From Chloroflexota bacterium (GTDB lineage: Bacteria; Chloroflexota; Limnocylindria; Limnocylindrales; CSP1-4), in assembly GCA_012026785.1 (NCBI GenBank), contig VEOW01000064.1, forward strand, positions 1,365-65,364: DNA of 64,000 bases. Reading direction: 5' to 3'. Made by a program: the position numbers and the translations under genes. The notes beneath the pieces are model-generated. The model searched no databases. It was not told where the DNA came from and saw only the letters and a list, made by a program, of their open reading frames with translations. Below are positions 34,872 to 44,113 of the stretch, in pieces (within the stretch, counting starts at the first letter, position 1; every line of letters starts with the position of its first letter).

Positions 34872-35987
34872 GTGAACCTTGCTCCGGTGCTTCGAATCGC
34901 GTACGTCGCCGGGCTCGTCCTGGCGATCGCCTGGGCGGCCGCGATCGTCCTCGCCAGCGCCGCTTCGAACACCCTGGGGTTCGACTTCCGGGCCTACTAC
35001 CTCGCCGCCGAGCGACTCCTCGCCGGCCAGCCGCTGTACGACCCGAACGCCCAGGCGACGGGATCGTTCGGGCTGTACTTCTACCCGCCGCCGTTCGCGC
35101 TGCTGCTCGCGCCGCTGACGCTGCTGCCCGAGGCGGTCGCGGTGTGGGGTTGGACGCTGGCCATGGCCGTGGCCGCCGCCTTGGCCGTCGCGCTCATGCC
35201 CGTTCCGGTGCGTGTCCGCTGGATCGTGCTGCTCCTCGCGGCCCTGTCGTGGCCACTCGTCTACGCGATCAAGCTCGGCCAGGTCGGACCGCTCGTCCTG
35301 CTGCTGTTCTCGCTCGGCTGGCGGTGGCTGGATCGGCCGTGGCCGCTGGGGCTGTCGATGGGCCTCGGGACGATCGCCAAGATCCAGCCGGCGCTGCTCG
35401 TGTTGTGGGCGGTCGTCGCCGGGCGACGTCGAGCCGCTGCGATCGCCCTCGTCACGGTCCTCGCCCTGTCGGCCGCCGCGACCCTCGTCACGGGCCCAGG
35501 AGCCTGGCTCGACGAGGCCTCGCTCCTGTCCCGGGTCAGCCGGCCGGTGCTCACGCCGGGGGCGTTCGGGCTGGGTCGCCTGGCCTTCGAGGCGGGCACC
35601 CCCGAAACCCTCGCGACGCTCATTCACTACGCGAATCTCGCCCTCGTGGCCCTCGTCGCGGTGGTCGCCCCGCTGCGCGCAACGCCGGCCGCGTCGTATC
35701 TCGTCGTGGCCGTCGCCTCGCACTTCGCCTCGCCGGTCCTGTGGGACCACTACGCGCTGGTCCTGCTGCTGCCCGTCGCCTTCCTGCTCGCTCGCGGCTG
35801 GTGGTGGGCCGCCGCGATCCCGCTCGCAACCTCGACGATCGGCTCCGCGTTGGGGATCGGGATCGGCTGGGCCTATCCCGTGGCTTTCTGGGTGTCTCTC
35901 CTGGCCGTGACGTTCGTCGGTCTCCGAGATGCGCGGCGGCCAGGCTCCCTGGCGCAGCCCTTCGGCCCGCCGATTCTCAGCACGTGA
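34872..35987 (+). CDS. DUF2029/GT87-like polytopic glycosyltransferase, paralogue B
   Basis: Track ORF 34449..35987 trimmed to the in-frame GTG at 34872 (VNLAPVLRIAYVAGLVLAI...). The upstream part is out-of-frame overlap with the GT2 gene. Motifs: GFDFRAYYLAAERLLAGQPLY, GLYFYPPPFALLLAPL, IAKIQPALLVLW. Confidence 0.75.
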   Translation: MNLAPVLRIAYVAGLVLAIAWAAAIVLASAASNTLGFDFRAYYLAAERLLAGQPLYDPNAQATGSFGLYFYPPPFALLLAPLTLLPEAVAVWGWTLAMAVAAALAVALMPVPVRVRWIVLLLAALSWPLVYAIKLGQVGPLVLLLFSLGWRWLDRPWPLGLSMGLGTIAKIQPALLVLWAVVAGRRRAAAIALVTVLALSAAATLVTGPGAWLDEASLLSRVSRPVLTPGAFGLGRLAFEAGTPETLATLIHYANLALVALVAVVAPLRATPAASYLVVAVASHFASPVLWDHYALVLLLPVAFLLARGWWWAAAIPLATSTIGSALGIGIGWAYPVAFWVSLLAVTFVGLRDARRPGSLAQPFGPPILST

Positions 35988-36140
35988 GCATTCCTGCCCC
36001 TACGCGGCCACAAGCAGCGCGGCCGGGTCACGTCCGCCGCTCCTTCGACGCCCAGCCGAGCACGCCCGAGCACGAATGGCGGGCCTGTTCGAGCCGCCGG
36101 GCACCCCATCGAACCTCGTTGTGCCTCCCTAGACGCCGAT

Positions 36141-36159
36141 ATGACCAGCAGGTGGTCAT
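36141..36159. repeat. Inverted repeat ATGACCA-gcagg-TGGTCAT
   Basis: Read directly in the 283-nt intergenic region upstream of 36271. It shares the ATGACC/GGTCAT core with the nested repeats at 45194-45341. Confidence 0.5.
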
Positions 36160-36171
36160 CGACCCGCCCAT

Positions 36172-36220
36172 GGCCACCCGAGATGGGGCCACCCGAGATG
36201 GGGCCACCCGAGATGGGGCC
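36172..36220. repeat. Tandem repeat, 15-nt unit GGCCACCCGAGATGG, 3 perfect copies plus a partial one
   Basis: Read directly; the copies are at 36172-36186, 36187-36201 and 36202-36216. Intergenic. Confidence 0.9.
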
Positions 36221-36270
36221 GCGCGTGCGGGGGCAGCGCAAGCGGCGGCGGCGCCCACAGGACCCTCGAC

Positions 36271-37179
36271 GTGACGCGCCTCCTCGCCCTCCTCGCACTT
36301 CGATGGGCGTTCCTGCGCAAGGTCCTCGTCGGCATCGGGATCGTGTTCGCGGCCTACTACTGGCTGCAGCTCACGACGACCACCGGCGCGCCGGTCGACA
36401 CCAACTGGTACTGGAGCGCGAACCCCAACGACCTGTACCCCCATCCGGAGCTGCTCGAGCGCAACGGCTACAACTACTCGCCGGCGTTTGAGGTCGTTGT
36501 CGGCTGGGGACGCCATCTCCCATTCGACGCCTTCGCTGCGGTCTGGCGGGGGATCCTCCTCGTGGTCTTCGTGTGGCTCGCGGGCCCGATCGCGGCACCG
36601 GTGATGTTCCTGCCGCCGGTTGCCTCGGAGATCAACGCGGGCAACATCCAGATCCTGCTGGCCGCGGCGATCGTCGTCGGCTTCCGCCATCCGGCGGCCT
36701 GGGCCTTCGTGCTGCTGACCAAGGTCACGCCGGGCGTCGGGCTGCTGTGGTTCGCGCTTCGGCGCCGCTGGCGCGATCTCGCGGTAGCGCTCGGGGCGAC
36801 AGCCGCGATCGCCGGCGTCGCGTTCGTGGTGTGGCCCGACCGATGGTTTGGCTGGTTCGAACTCCTCACCGCCGGCTCGCCACCGCCCGTTCCGCCGTAT
36901 AACCTGCCGCTCCTGCCTCGACTCGCGGCGGCCGTGGCGGTCGTCGCCCTGGCCGCCTGGCGCGGCTGGCGCTGGCCGGTGGTCGTTGCCGCGATGCTGG
37001 CCCTGCCGGCGTTCTACTTCCTCAGCCCGTCGATCCTCGTCGGCGTGATCCCGTTCGCGCGGGAGTGGGCAGGCGGCGCGCTGCGGCGCCGCCGCGAGGC
37101 CGCCAGCGTGAGGTTGCCCGCAGGAGCTACCGGCGGTGTCCCTTCGCTCGTGACGTTCGATGAACGATCGTCCACGTGA
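36271..37179 (+). CDS. Short DUF2029-like polytopic membrane protein, paralogue C
   Basis: 302 aa, GTG start. It shares a near-identical block with 44114..45142: VGFRHPAAWAFVLLTKVTPGVGLLWFALRRRWRDLAVALG versus VGFRYPAVWAFPLLTKVAPGIGLLWFAVRREWRSLAIAFG. Confidence 0.7.
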   Translation: MTRLLALLALRWAFLRKVLVGIGIVFAAYYWLQLTTTTGAPVDTNWYWSANPNDLYPHPELLERNGYNYSPAFEVVVGWGRHLPFDAFAAVWRGILLVVFVWLAGPIAAPVMFLPPVASEINAGNIQILLAAAIVVGFRHPAAWAFVLLTKVTPGVGLLWFALRRRWRDLAVALGATAAIAGVAFVVWPDRWFGWFELLTAGSPPPVPPYNLPLLPRLAAAVAVVALAAWRGWRWPVVVAAMLALPAFYFLSPSILVGVIPFAREWAGGALRRRREAASVRLPAGATGGVPSLVTFDERSST

Positions 37180-38610
37180 TCATCCGCGTCGTGACATGCG
37201 CATGAGGACCCTGTCACAGCCGTCGATCGGCGCCTCCTCGGCGATCTCGAACCACCGCTGGAAGATCCGCCTGAACTCCTCGATCGTCGGGTACGGTAGG
37301 TTGTCCGCTCGTTGCGCGAGAAGCTGCTGAACCATCGAGTCGGACCCTGGCACGAACTCGACGACGAGGACTGGGCCCAGCGCTGCCAGGAACTCCGCGA
37401 TCATCGCGAGTCGGATGTTCCGCCCGACGTTCAGGTGGTGAACCAGTGCCAGGGCCAGCACCACGTCGGCATTCGCTCGGTCGGCAAAGGACCTGCGCTC
37501 TGCGTTTCTCCAGCCGATGCCGGGGCTCGGATTCACCAGGTCGGCAACGAGCGGCAGCACCGTGTCGGTGGCCCGACGTCGCAGCTCCTCGTAGTGAAGC
37601 TGGGTCGCGCCGGGGTCCGCGTCCCAGGCGATGACGGTACGACCAACTGACGATGCAATCGCGCTGAAGCGACCGACGTTGGCCCCGAGGTCCCATACGA
37701 CGTCCCCGCCGGCCGCTTGGAGGAAGCGCCGGACGATCCCGTCCTTGCTGGCCGCGGCAGCACCGCTGTAGCTCGTGTTGTCCGCGTAGTCTGCCCAGGC
37801 GGTCTGCGTTGGACGCCAAGCGAGCTTCTCGACGGTCCTCTTGAGGCTGTCGAGGAGCGCGGCCTGTCGGAGGGTCCCCATGCCGCCTCGAGGTTTCGAC
37901 TCGGCGTGGCCTCTCGTCGCCTGCCTGCGCTGCGCCCGGGCGTGCAGGTGCACGTGGCTGGTGAGGCCCACATCGAGCTTCGTTCGGCCAGGAAGGAGTC
38001 TCGAAGCGAGGTCGACCGGGATGCCGTCGATGAAGTCACGGAGCATGAGGCCACATCGGACATCGCGATGCGCCATCAGGGCCAGCGGAGCCAGGAACTG
38101 CTCACAGAACTGGCGGTACGCGAGCCACGGCCTATTACGTTCCGAGCGCTCGAACGACAGCGTGTCGATGAGCTTCGGTGTTCCGTTGTGGAACTGGACG
38201 TTATAGGCGGAGGCGTCTCGAAGGGTGCAGCCTGCGGCCGCCGCGACGGATTGCGCCTCGAGGGTTACAAGCCCTGCGTCCTGAAGCTGCCGAAACGACC
38301 ACTCGTAGGGATACGAGACGAACGCGAGCTGTTCGGGCTCGATGACAGCGTGAGCGGTCGCAGCGTTGTACGCCAGCTCTGGAGCGACGACGTCGTGGTC
38401 GATGAGCAGCCCCCGTCGCTGGAGATCAACGAGGAGGCCCGAGGCACGCAGGTCGTCCCAGCGGTCGCCAAAGGGAAGGTTGACTTGGCGGAGCACTCGC
38501 CCATCACGCGTGTACACGAACCCGCCCGGGTCTCGATACGACGAGGGATCTGCGTCCCGTGCCCCGCGCCGTGGCTCTGGCTCGGCGAGTTCCGGGTCGA
38601 GTCCGGCCAT
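37180..38610 (-). CDS. Class I SAM-dependent methyltransferase with a large N-terminal domain
   Basis: Track ORF 37180..38697 trimmed to the ATG at 38610 (MAGLDPELAEPE...). C-terminal MTase motifs: VWDLGANVGRFSAIA, AWDADP, DVVLALALVHHL. Confidence 0.8.
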   Translation of the reverse strand: MAGLDPELAEPEPRRGARDADPSSYRDPGGFVYTRDGRVLRQVNLPFGDRWDDLRASGLLVDLQRRGLLIDHDVVAPELAYNAATAHAVIEPEQLAFVSYPYEWSFRQLQDAGLVTLEAQSVAAAAGCTLRDASAYNVQFHNGTPKLIDTLSFERSERNRPWLAYRQFCEQFLAPLALMAHRDVRCGLMLRDFIDGIPVDLASRLLPGRTKLDVGLTSHVHLHARAQRRQATRGHAESKPRGGMGTLRQAALLDSLKRTVEKLAWRPTQTAWADYADNTSYSGAAAASKDGIVRRFLQAAGGDVVWDLGANVGRFSAIASSVGRTVIAWDADPGATQLHYEELRRRATDTVLPLVADLVNPSPGIGWRNAERRSFADRANADVVLALALVHHLNVGRNIRLAMIAEFLAALGPVLVVEFVPGSDSMVQQLLAQRADNLPYPTIEEFRRIFQRWFEIAEEAPIDGCDRVLMRMSRRG

Positions 38611-38611
38611 G

Positions 38612-38803
38612 TCAGCTGGGGTCGGACGGAAGCTCGTGGCCCTCCTCCGGCGGGCTCGAGTCCCCGCGCCTCCGCAATGCTCGATAGGCCCGTCCAATCT
38701 GCGTCCGGAGGAAATATGGAACGGCCAGGAGCGAGGCGATGATCACCTGGATCAGGAGACTCCCTGAGCCAGGATCGAGGTACGCAACTGCGAATTCGAC
38801 CAT
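38612..38803 (-). CDS. Small membrane protein (63 aa) immediately upstream of the methyltransferase
   Basis: MVEFAVAYLDPGSGSLLIQVIIASLLAVPYFLRTQIGRAYRALRRRGDSSPPEEGHELPSDPS. It has one hydrophobic helix and then a basic tail. Its stop lies 1 nt before the methyltransferase ATG. Confidence 0.5.
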   Translation of the reverse strand: MVEFAVAYLDPGSGSLLIQVIIASLLAVPYFLRTQIGRAYRALRRRGDSSPPEEGHELPSDPS

Positions 38804-38898
38804 CCCTGCCCCCTCCCGTACCGATGTGATCGACGGGTGCCGGCAGCGTACGCGCGATCAGCAAGAGGTCAAGTCGCCGAGATGGGTCGCGAACCCGG

Positions 38899-40383
38899 CT
38901 ACGTCTGGGGCCAAGGAACGAGTGATCGGTACCCCCGCTCGAGGACGACGTTCAGCTGCACCAGGTACGACTCCTCCGTCGCCATCGGCAGTCCAGCGTC
39001 GACGTAGGCGTTCAGCAACCTCGGGATGAGATTGATCGGCGTGACATCGCCAGGAAAGAGCCCGGGATGTTCCGGGGTCACGCCCAGAAACAGGTTGCGG
39101 AGCATCTCGTCGGGGTCGTTGACGTCGTCATGGCGCGAACCATGATCGGACAGTACGACGATGACCGGCGGAACATCGCTGTCGGCCTGGATTGCCCTGA
39201 CTGTGTCGACAACGAGGTTGTTCGTGTAGACGAGCTGCTCGACTGTCGGCTGCAGATCCGACGGCGCTCGTCGGCCGTCCCACAGGTTGCACGACACCGG
39301 CAGGCAGGGATGGGGCCCAACCGGGCCTCCGCGGGCGTCGAAGACAATCGGTGCGTGCGGCGACATCACGTGGGCGAACACGAACCGCGGGCGTGTCCGA
39401 TTCGATGCCGCGATTTCTCGCAGGCTGGCAAACGCCGACATGATCCGATCCCTCTGCTGCGCGTGCAGCCACTCCGCCTGCACCGTTGAGAGAAGCCGAG
39501 GCAGGACGCCGGCCCGCAGCACGGACGTTTCGAAGGTCGTCACCTGGCCGGTGTCGATCACCTCGTCGACGGCGAGGAGGTCCGCGCGGGACACGCCCGA
39601 TGTGATCGACGTGATCGAGTACCCGGCCTGGTGCAGCCACTCCAGCGCGCGCCCCCGGTTCAGCAGCCGCTGGAGATCCCAACTGTCCACGACGCGCGTC
39701 TCGTCGACCCCGAGGAGCTCCGGAACCTGGGTCGCCGCGAACATCGACACGAGCGAGAGCGTCGTGGCGTTGTAGTTGGAGTGGGAGTCGTCGGCAACCT
39801 CGAAGCCGAGCTCGCGCATCTCCTCGAGAAACGGCGAGTTGTCGTAGGCGAACGTCGACGCGAGAGTATCCGCCCGTGGGTACTCGTCGAGCAGGATCAC
39901 GTAGATGTCCGGTGCCGAGGCCGAGATCGACCCGATTGGAGTCGTGGGACCCGTCGGGAGATCCTCCGCGAGGCGCATCGCGACTGCCGCGAGGTTGAGC
40001 CCGAGCACGGCAGCCGCAACGACGTTGAGCACAGCGGTCGTCCGCACCCAATCAATCCCGCTCGAGCGTCGGCGCCGGAGAATGTCCCCGAACATCGGGA
40101 TGGCAACAGGGGCAAGCAGTACGGGTGCGACCAGCGGATCGAGGATCGCTGTGAGCGCGACCCCGCCGATAAATGCTCCTCGGTGCTGGCTCCTCGTCGC
40201 GAGGCCGAGCACGAGTTGGAAGACAATGGCCAGCACGACCAGGACGACGAGTGCGCGGTAGGCCGCCGGAAGATCTTCGCCTGACGCAAGGTAGCGCCTG
40301 ACGATGAATGCGGCCGCCAGGGCAGCGGGGAACAGAGGCCACCGAAGCACCGCTTGCGTTAGCGAGCGAATCCCGCGAAACAT
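38899..40383 (-). CDS. Membrane-anchored sulfatase/LtaS-like enzyme, paralogue B
   Basis: 494 aa with the same architecture and motifs as 7917..9386: DIYVILLDEYPRADTL, HSNYNATTLSLVS, FVFAHVMSPHAPIVF, VIVVLSDHGS. Confidence 0.7.
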   Translation of the reverse strand: MFRGIRSLTQAVLRWPLFPAALAAAFIVRRYLASGEDLPAAYRALVVLVVLAIVFQLVLGLATRSQHRGAFIGGVALTAILDPLVAPVLLAPVAIPMFGDILRRRRSSGIDWVRTTAVLNVVAAAVLGLNLAAVAMRLAEDLPTGPTTPIGSISASAPDIYVILLDEYPRADTLASTFAYDNSPFLEEMRELGFEVADDSHSNYNATTLSLVSMFAATQVPELLGVDETRVVDSWDLQRLLNRGRALEWLHQAGYSITSITSGVSRADLLAVDEVIDTGQVTTFETSVLRAGVLPRLLSTVQAEWLHAQQRDRIMSAFASLREIAASNRTRPRFVFAHVMSPHAPIVFDARGGPVGPHPCLPVSCNLWDGRRAPSDLQPTVEQLVYTNNLVVDTVRAIQADSDVPPVIVVLSDHGSRHDDVNDPDEMLRNLFLGVTPEHPGLFPGDVTPINLIPRLLNAYVDAGLPMATEESYLVQLNVVLERGYRSLVPWPQT

Positions 40384-40509
40384 CGCCGAGGGAGCCTACC
40401 GATCGCGCCTGGGTCGGCGCAATGGATCGGCGGTCATGCCTCCCGCCGAGGCCGGGGCCGAGAGGTTGCGCGCGCAAGCAACGCCCGAGGTCGGTGCTAT
40501 CGTTGCCGG

Positions 40510-41706
40510 GTGACCCCCACGCTCGAAGCGGATCCCGATTGTGCACGGGCCGAGGCCACCCAGCGGCCTGAGCCTCGGCTGCACGCGGAACGCCGGTCGT
40601 TCGAATCGATCGAACCTGCGACGTGGGATGCCCTCGCGGCGCAAAACCCTGCCGCAACGCCGTTCTCGGCCTGGGCCTTCCATCGCGCCTGGTGGGACGG
40701 CTATGGCGAGAACGCCCACGACGAGACGATCGCCCTGGTCGATCGCGGGCGCCAGCTCGTGGCGATCGCGCCGCTCATGCATCGCCACGTCGTGGAACCC
40801 GACGATGCCGAGACCGCCACGCACCTGCGGCATGGTGAAACACCGGCCCTGACGCCCGTCGCACCGAGTGCCAAGGCCGTCTACTTCGGCGCGAGCTACC
40901 ACGCCGACTACGCGACCCTCCTCGGCGCGCCCGCGGACCTGCCGGCCGCCGCGGACGCCCTCGCCGTGGCGTTCGCGGCCGCGGACCCGCGCGATCTCGA
41001 CCCCGCCCATCCCGAGCCGTGGGATGCCATCGACCTGCGTCGGCTCCGCGAGAACGCTCCGGCCGTCGAGGCGTTGGCGGCGGCCTTCGGCGCCCGTGAG
41101 CTCGACTGCGGCTGGACGCTCAACCTCGAGCGCGAGGACGTCTGCCCGGTCGTTCGAATCCAGCCCGGCGTCGACTTCGAAACCTGTCTCGGCACGCTGT
41201 CGAGGAAGGAGCGCCACGAGATCCGCCGCAAGGTCCGGCGGGCCGAGGCAGCCGGACCGGTTCAGCTGGTCGAGTCGAACGACCCGCCCGCCGAGCTGGG
41301 CGCCTTCATCGAGCTCCACCAGAAGCGCTGGGGCGAGGATGGGCTGTTCCCCGAGACCCGCGGCGGGGAAGGTAGTCGCCGCTTCGTCGAGCGCCTGTTC
41401 GAGCTCTTCCCGAGTCCGCTGGGGAGCGTCCACCTGACCTTCCTGGAGATCGGCGGTCGACGCGTCGCGGCGGCCATCCACTTCGAGACCGCCGACCGCC
41501 TGCTGTTCTACAACGCCGGCATCGATCCCGAGGCTCGTGCCCTGTCGCCCGGCGTCTGCCTGACCGAGCGAATGCTGCGGCGGGCGGTCGAACGGGGCCT
41601 GACCCGGCTCGATTTCCTGCGCGGCAACGAGCCCTACAAGTACGACTGGGGTGCGGTCGACGAGCCGATCCAGCGCCTCCTCGTTCGTCGTACCGTCAAG
41701 CGATGA
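40510..41706 (+). CDS. GNAT-type acyltransferase of the CelD/BcsL / FemAB-like family
   Basis: 398 aa. N-terminal W.AL...NP..TPF..W.F..AWW pattern. C-terminal FLEIGGRRVAAAIHFETADRLLFYNAGIDPEARALSPGVCLTERMLRRAVERGLTRLDFLRGNEPYKYDWG. Confidence 0.75.
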   Translation: MTPTLEADPDCARAEATQRPEPRLHAERRSFESIEPATWDALAAQNPAATPFSAWAFHRAWWDGYGENAHDETIALVDRGRQLVAIAPLMHRHVVEPDDAETATHLRHGETPALTPVAPSAKAVYFGASYHADYATLLGAPADLPAAADALAVAFAAADPRDLDPAHPEPWDAIDLRRLRENAPAVEALAAAFGARELDCGWTLNLEREDVCPVVRIQPGVDFETCLGTLSRKERHEIRRKVRRAEAAGPVQLVESNDPPAELGAFIELHQKRWGEDGLFPETRGGEGSRRFVERLFELFPSPLGSVHLTFLEIGGRRVAAAIHFETADRLLFYNAGIDPEARALSPGVCLTERMLRRAVERGLTRLDFLRGNEPYKYDWGAVDEPIQRLLVRRTVKR

Positions 41707-42983
41707 CCGCGCCGAGCCATCCGCAGCGCCCGGGCGTCCGCCTGCCGCCGGCGGCCCTCGGCGTCGACCCCTGCTTCGAACCCGTCGTCCGGCTGCCCCT
41801 GCCGCCGTCGCGCCAGCGGATCCGGGTCGTCGAGCTGCTCGCCACGGGTTCGAATGGCGGCGCCCAGGAGCACGTCTACAACCTGGTGACCCGCATCGAC
41901 CGCGAGCGCTACGAGGTCTCGGTCCTGTCGCTCAGTGGCGGCGCCGGGGTTCGGCGCCTCGAACGCGCGGGCGTGGCGGTCTGCATCCTCGACGAGATGA
42001 CTGACGAGCAGGCCATCGAGGCCGTCGCCGCCCATCTCGCGGCGAACGAGGTCGACGTGGTCCACAACCACATGTACCGGGCCGAGGTGGTCGGTACGCA
42101 GGCCGCGTGGCGCCTGGCCGCCGCTGGGCGCCCGCGCCCGATGGTGGTCGGGACGGTCCATTCGAGCCGCATCCGCTCCGACGTGGATCGCGAGCTCGTC
42201 CGGCGTCTCACGCCGCGGATGGACCACCTCATCGCGGTCTCCCGGGCGATCGTCCGCAAGATCGAGGACGAGGGTCGAATGGGGGCGCCCGTCTCGCTGA
42301 TCTACAACGGCGTCGACCTCCAGCGGTACGCCGACCAGGAGGCGTGCTGCACGCTTCACGAGGAGTATTCGATCCCCGCGGAAGCACCGATCGTCGGGGT
42401 CGTCGCCCGGCTCGAGCCGGAGAAGGGCCACGCCACGCTGCTCGAGGCCTGGCCGCTGGTCCTGGCGGCCGTGCCCGCCGCGCATCTCCTCGTCGTGGGC
42501 GAGGGCTCCCTGCGCGACGCGCTGGAGACGCAGGCCCGGGCGCTGGGATTGCTGCCGTCGGTCGCCGCGCCGGAGGCGCCTCGGCGTGTGACCTTCACCG
42601 GGCGCCGCGACGACGTGCCCGCGGTGACCGCCGCGCTCGACGTGGCGGTGCTGCCGTCGTACAGAGAGGCCCAGGGTCTCTCGATCCTCGAGGCCATGGC
42701 GCTCGCTCGCCCCGTCGTGGCCTCGGCCGTCGGCGGCATCCCCGAGATGATCGACGACGGGCTGACGGGCCTCCTCGTGCCGCCTCGCGAGCCGGCCGCC
42801 CTCGCCGGGGCGATCTCTCGCCTCCTCACCGACCACCCCTACGCCGACACGCTGGCGCGCGCCGGCAAGGACCTCGTCCACGAGCGCTTCTGCGTTGAGC
42901 TTATGGTCCGCGCCGTCGAGTCGATCTACGACGAATCCGTGGCCGACGAGCGCCTCGTGGCGGGCGGTCTCGCCGCCGGCTGA
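41703..42983 (+). CDS. Glycosyltransferase, GT4 family
   Basis: 426 aa. Motifs: GGAQEHVYNL, VGVVARLEPEKGHATLLEAW, and VAVLPSYREAQGLSILEAMALARPVVASAVGGIPEMI (EX7E). Confidence 0.85.
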   Translation: MTAPSHPQRPGVRLPPAALGVDPCFEPVVRLPLPPSRQRIRVVELLATGSNGGAQEHVYNLVTRIDRERYEVSVLSLSGGAGVRRLERAGVAVCILDEMTDEQAIEAVAAHLAANEVDVVHNHMYRAEVVGTQAAWRLAAAGRPRPMVVGTVHSSRIRSDVDRELVRRLTPRMDHLIAVSRAIVRKIEDEGRMGAPVSLIYNGVDLQRYADQEACCTLHEEYSIPAEAPIVGVVARLEPEKGHATLLEAWPLVLAAVPAAHLLVVGEGSLRDALETQARALGLLPSVAAPEAPRRVTFTGRRDDVPAVTAALDVAVLPSYREAQGLSILEAMALARPVVASAVGGIPEMIDDGLTGLLVPPREPAALAGAISRLLTDHPYADTLARAGKDLVHERFCVELMVRAVESIYDESVADERLVAGGLAAG

Positions 42984-43293
42984 CGCCGCTCCCCGGCCGG
43001 CGAAGCCGGCCCGCGAGCTTCACCAGCCCCGATGAGCCTCCCGATTCTCATGTGCTGGTCATTCCTGCGGCTACAAGGCCACAAGGGCGACGTCGCGGCC
43101 CGCGGCCCGGTTGGACGCGCCCGATTTCGAGCTCAGCGGAGATCAGCGGAGGCGGAGAGCGCGGGTAGGAGGGCGCCGTCGACGGTTGTTGTGACCTCAA
43201 TAGGCCAGAGATGACCACGCAATGAGCACCGGGAGGGCCAAGCTGCACAGGGCGGGCGGCACGCCGGAGAAGGACTGCCCTCCGATGGTTGAC

Positions 43294-43321
43294 GTGATGG
43301 TGCTGCATGCATCACCATCAC
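43294..43321. promoter_or_regulatory. Inverted repeat GTGATGGTG-n10-CACCATCAC abutting the vapB start (candidate VapB operator)
   Basis: Read directly. It has 9-bp perfect arms, the spacer contains TGCATGCA, and it ends 4 nt before the GTG at 43326. Confidence 0.45.
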
Positions 43322-43325
43322 TCCC

Positions 43326-43664
43326 GTGAAGCGCATCACCACGACGGTTGACCCGGCTGTCTACCGGCGGCTCGACGCCATCGCTCACCGTGATGGGGTC
43401 TCGACATCGCACGTGCTCCGGGAGGCGATGGAGCGGTACGTGACGGAGCGCGAGGCGGCGATGGACAGCATTCCGCTCCCGGCGTGGGTCGGGATGCTCG
43501 AAGGTGGCGACGGCGAACCCTGGGCGGAGCGAGACGAGGCGCTCCTCGAGGAGGGCTGGGCCACTGACCTGGAGGCCGAGATCCAGCCGGCACCGCCCTC
43601 TTCGGCCCCATCCAGTCTCTCGGCGCGGCGCGGGCGCCTTCGTCGCTCGGCCCCACGCGGGTGA
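43326..43664 (+). CDS. vapB: Ribbon-helix-helix (CopG/VapB-like) antitoxin
   Basis: 112 aa, GTG start. The RHH segment is KRITTTVDPAVYRRLDAIAHRDGVSTSHVLREAMERYV. It overlaps the PIN gene by 4 nt. Confidence 0.75.
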   Translation: MKRITTTVDPAVYRRLDAIAHRDGVSTSHVLREAMERYVTEREAAMDSIPLPAWVGMLEGGDGEPWAERDEALLEEGWATDLEAEIQPAPPSSAPSSLSARRGRLRRSAPRG

Positions 43665-44083
43665 CCGCGCTCCTCGATTCGAGCGCCATGGTCGCCGCGC
43701 TCGATCCGCGCGATCCGTGGCATGCGGCCGTGCGGACCTCGCTCGCCGGAGAGCGATTCGTGCCGCGCCTGCCGATCACGGTCCTGCCCGAGGTCGCGTG
43801 GCTGGTCGATAGCCGTCGCGGCAGCCGTGTCGCGGCGGCCGTGATCCGCGCCATCGCCGCCGGCACATGGCCGATCGAGCCAGTCGATAACGACGACGTC
43901 CGCCGCGCGGGCGAACTGCTGGAGCGCTACGCCGACTCGCGCCTGTCCTTCGTCGACGCGACCGTCGTCGCGCTGGCGGAGAGGCTCGGGGTCTCGAGGA
44001 TCTACACCCTCGACCGTCACGACTTCGGGCTCGTCCGCCCGAAGCACGTCGCCGCGTTCGAGCTGCTGCCGGTACTGCCGTAG
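43661..44083 (+). CDS. vapC: PIN-domain ribonuclease toxin (VapC)
   Basis: 140 aa. Acidic residues lie in LLDSSAMVAALD, PEVAWL, SFVDATVVALAERL and IYTLDRHDF. Confidence 0.85.
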   Translation: MTALLDSSAMVAALDPRDPWHAAVRTSLAGERFVPRLPITVLPEVAWLVDSRRGSRVAAAVIRAIAAGTWPIEPVDNDDVRRAGELLERYADSRLSFVDATVVALAERLGVSRIYTLDRHDFGLVRPKHVAAFELLPVLP

Positions 44084-44113
44084 GGCCGGGTCTCGTCGTA
44101 CCCTGAGATTCCC

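Noticed and set aside
36141-36491. ORF 36141-36491 containing PPEMGPPEMGPPEMGP, and ORF 62459-63061 containing GLGPRASGLGPRAS, as repeat-containing proteins.
   Set aside because: The peptide repeats are simply translations of intergenic DNA tandem repeats. The ORFs have no SD and no start context, run into or overlap real genes in other frames, and are low-complexity throughout.
42996-43012. GGCCGGC-GAA-GCCGGCC hairpin after the GT4 gene as an intrinsic terminator.
   Set aside because: The stem is GC-rich but is not followed by a U-tract, so it is not convincing as a rho-independent terminator.
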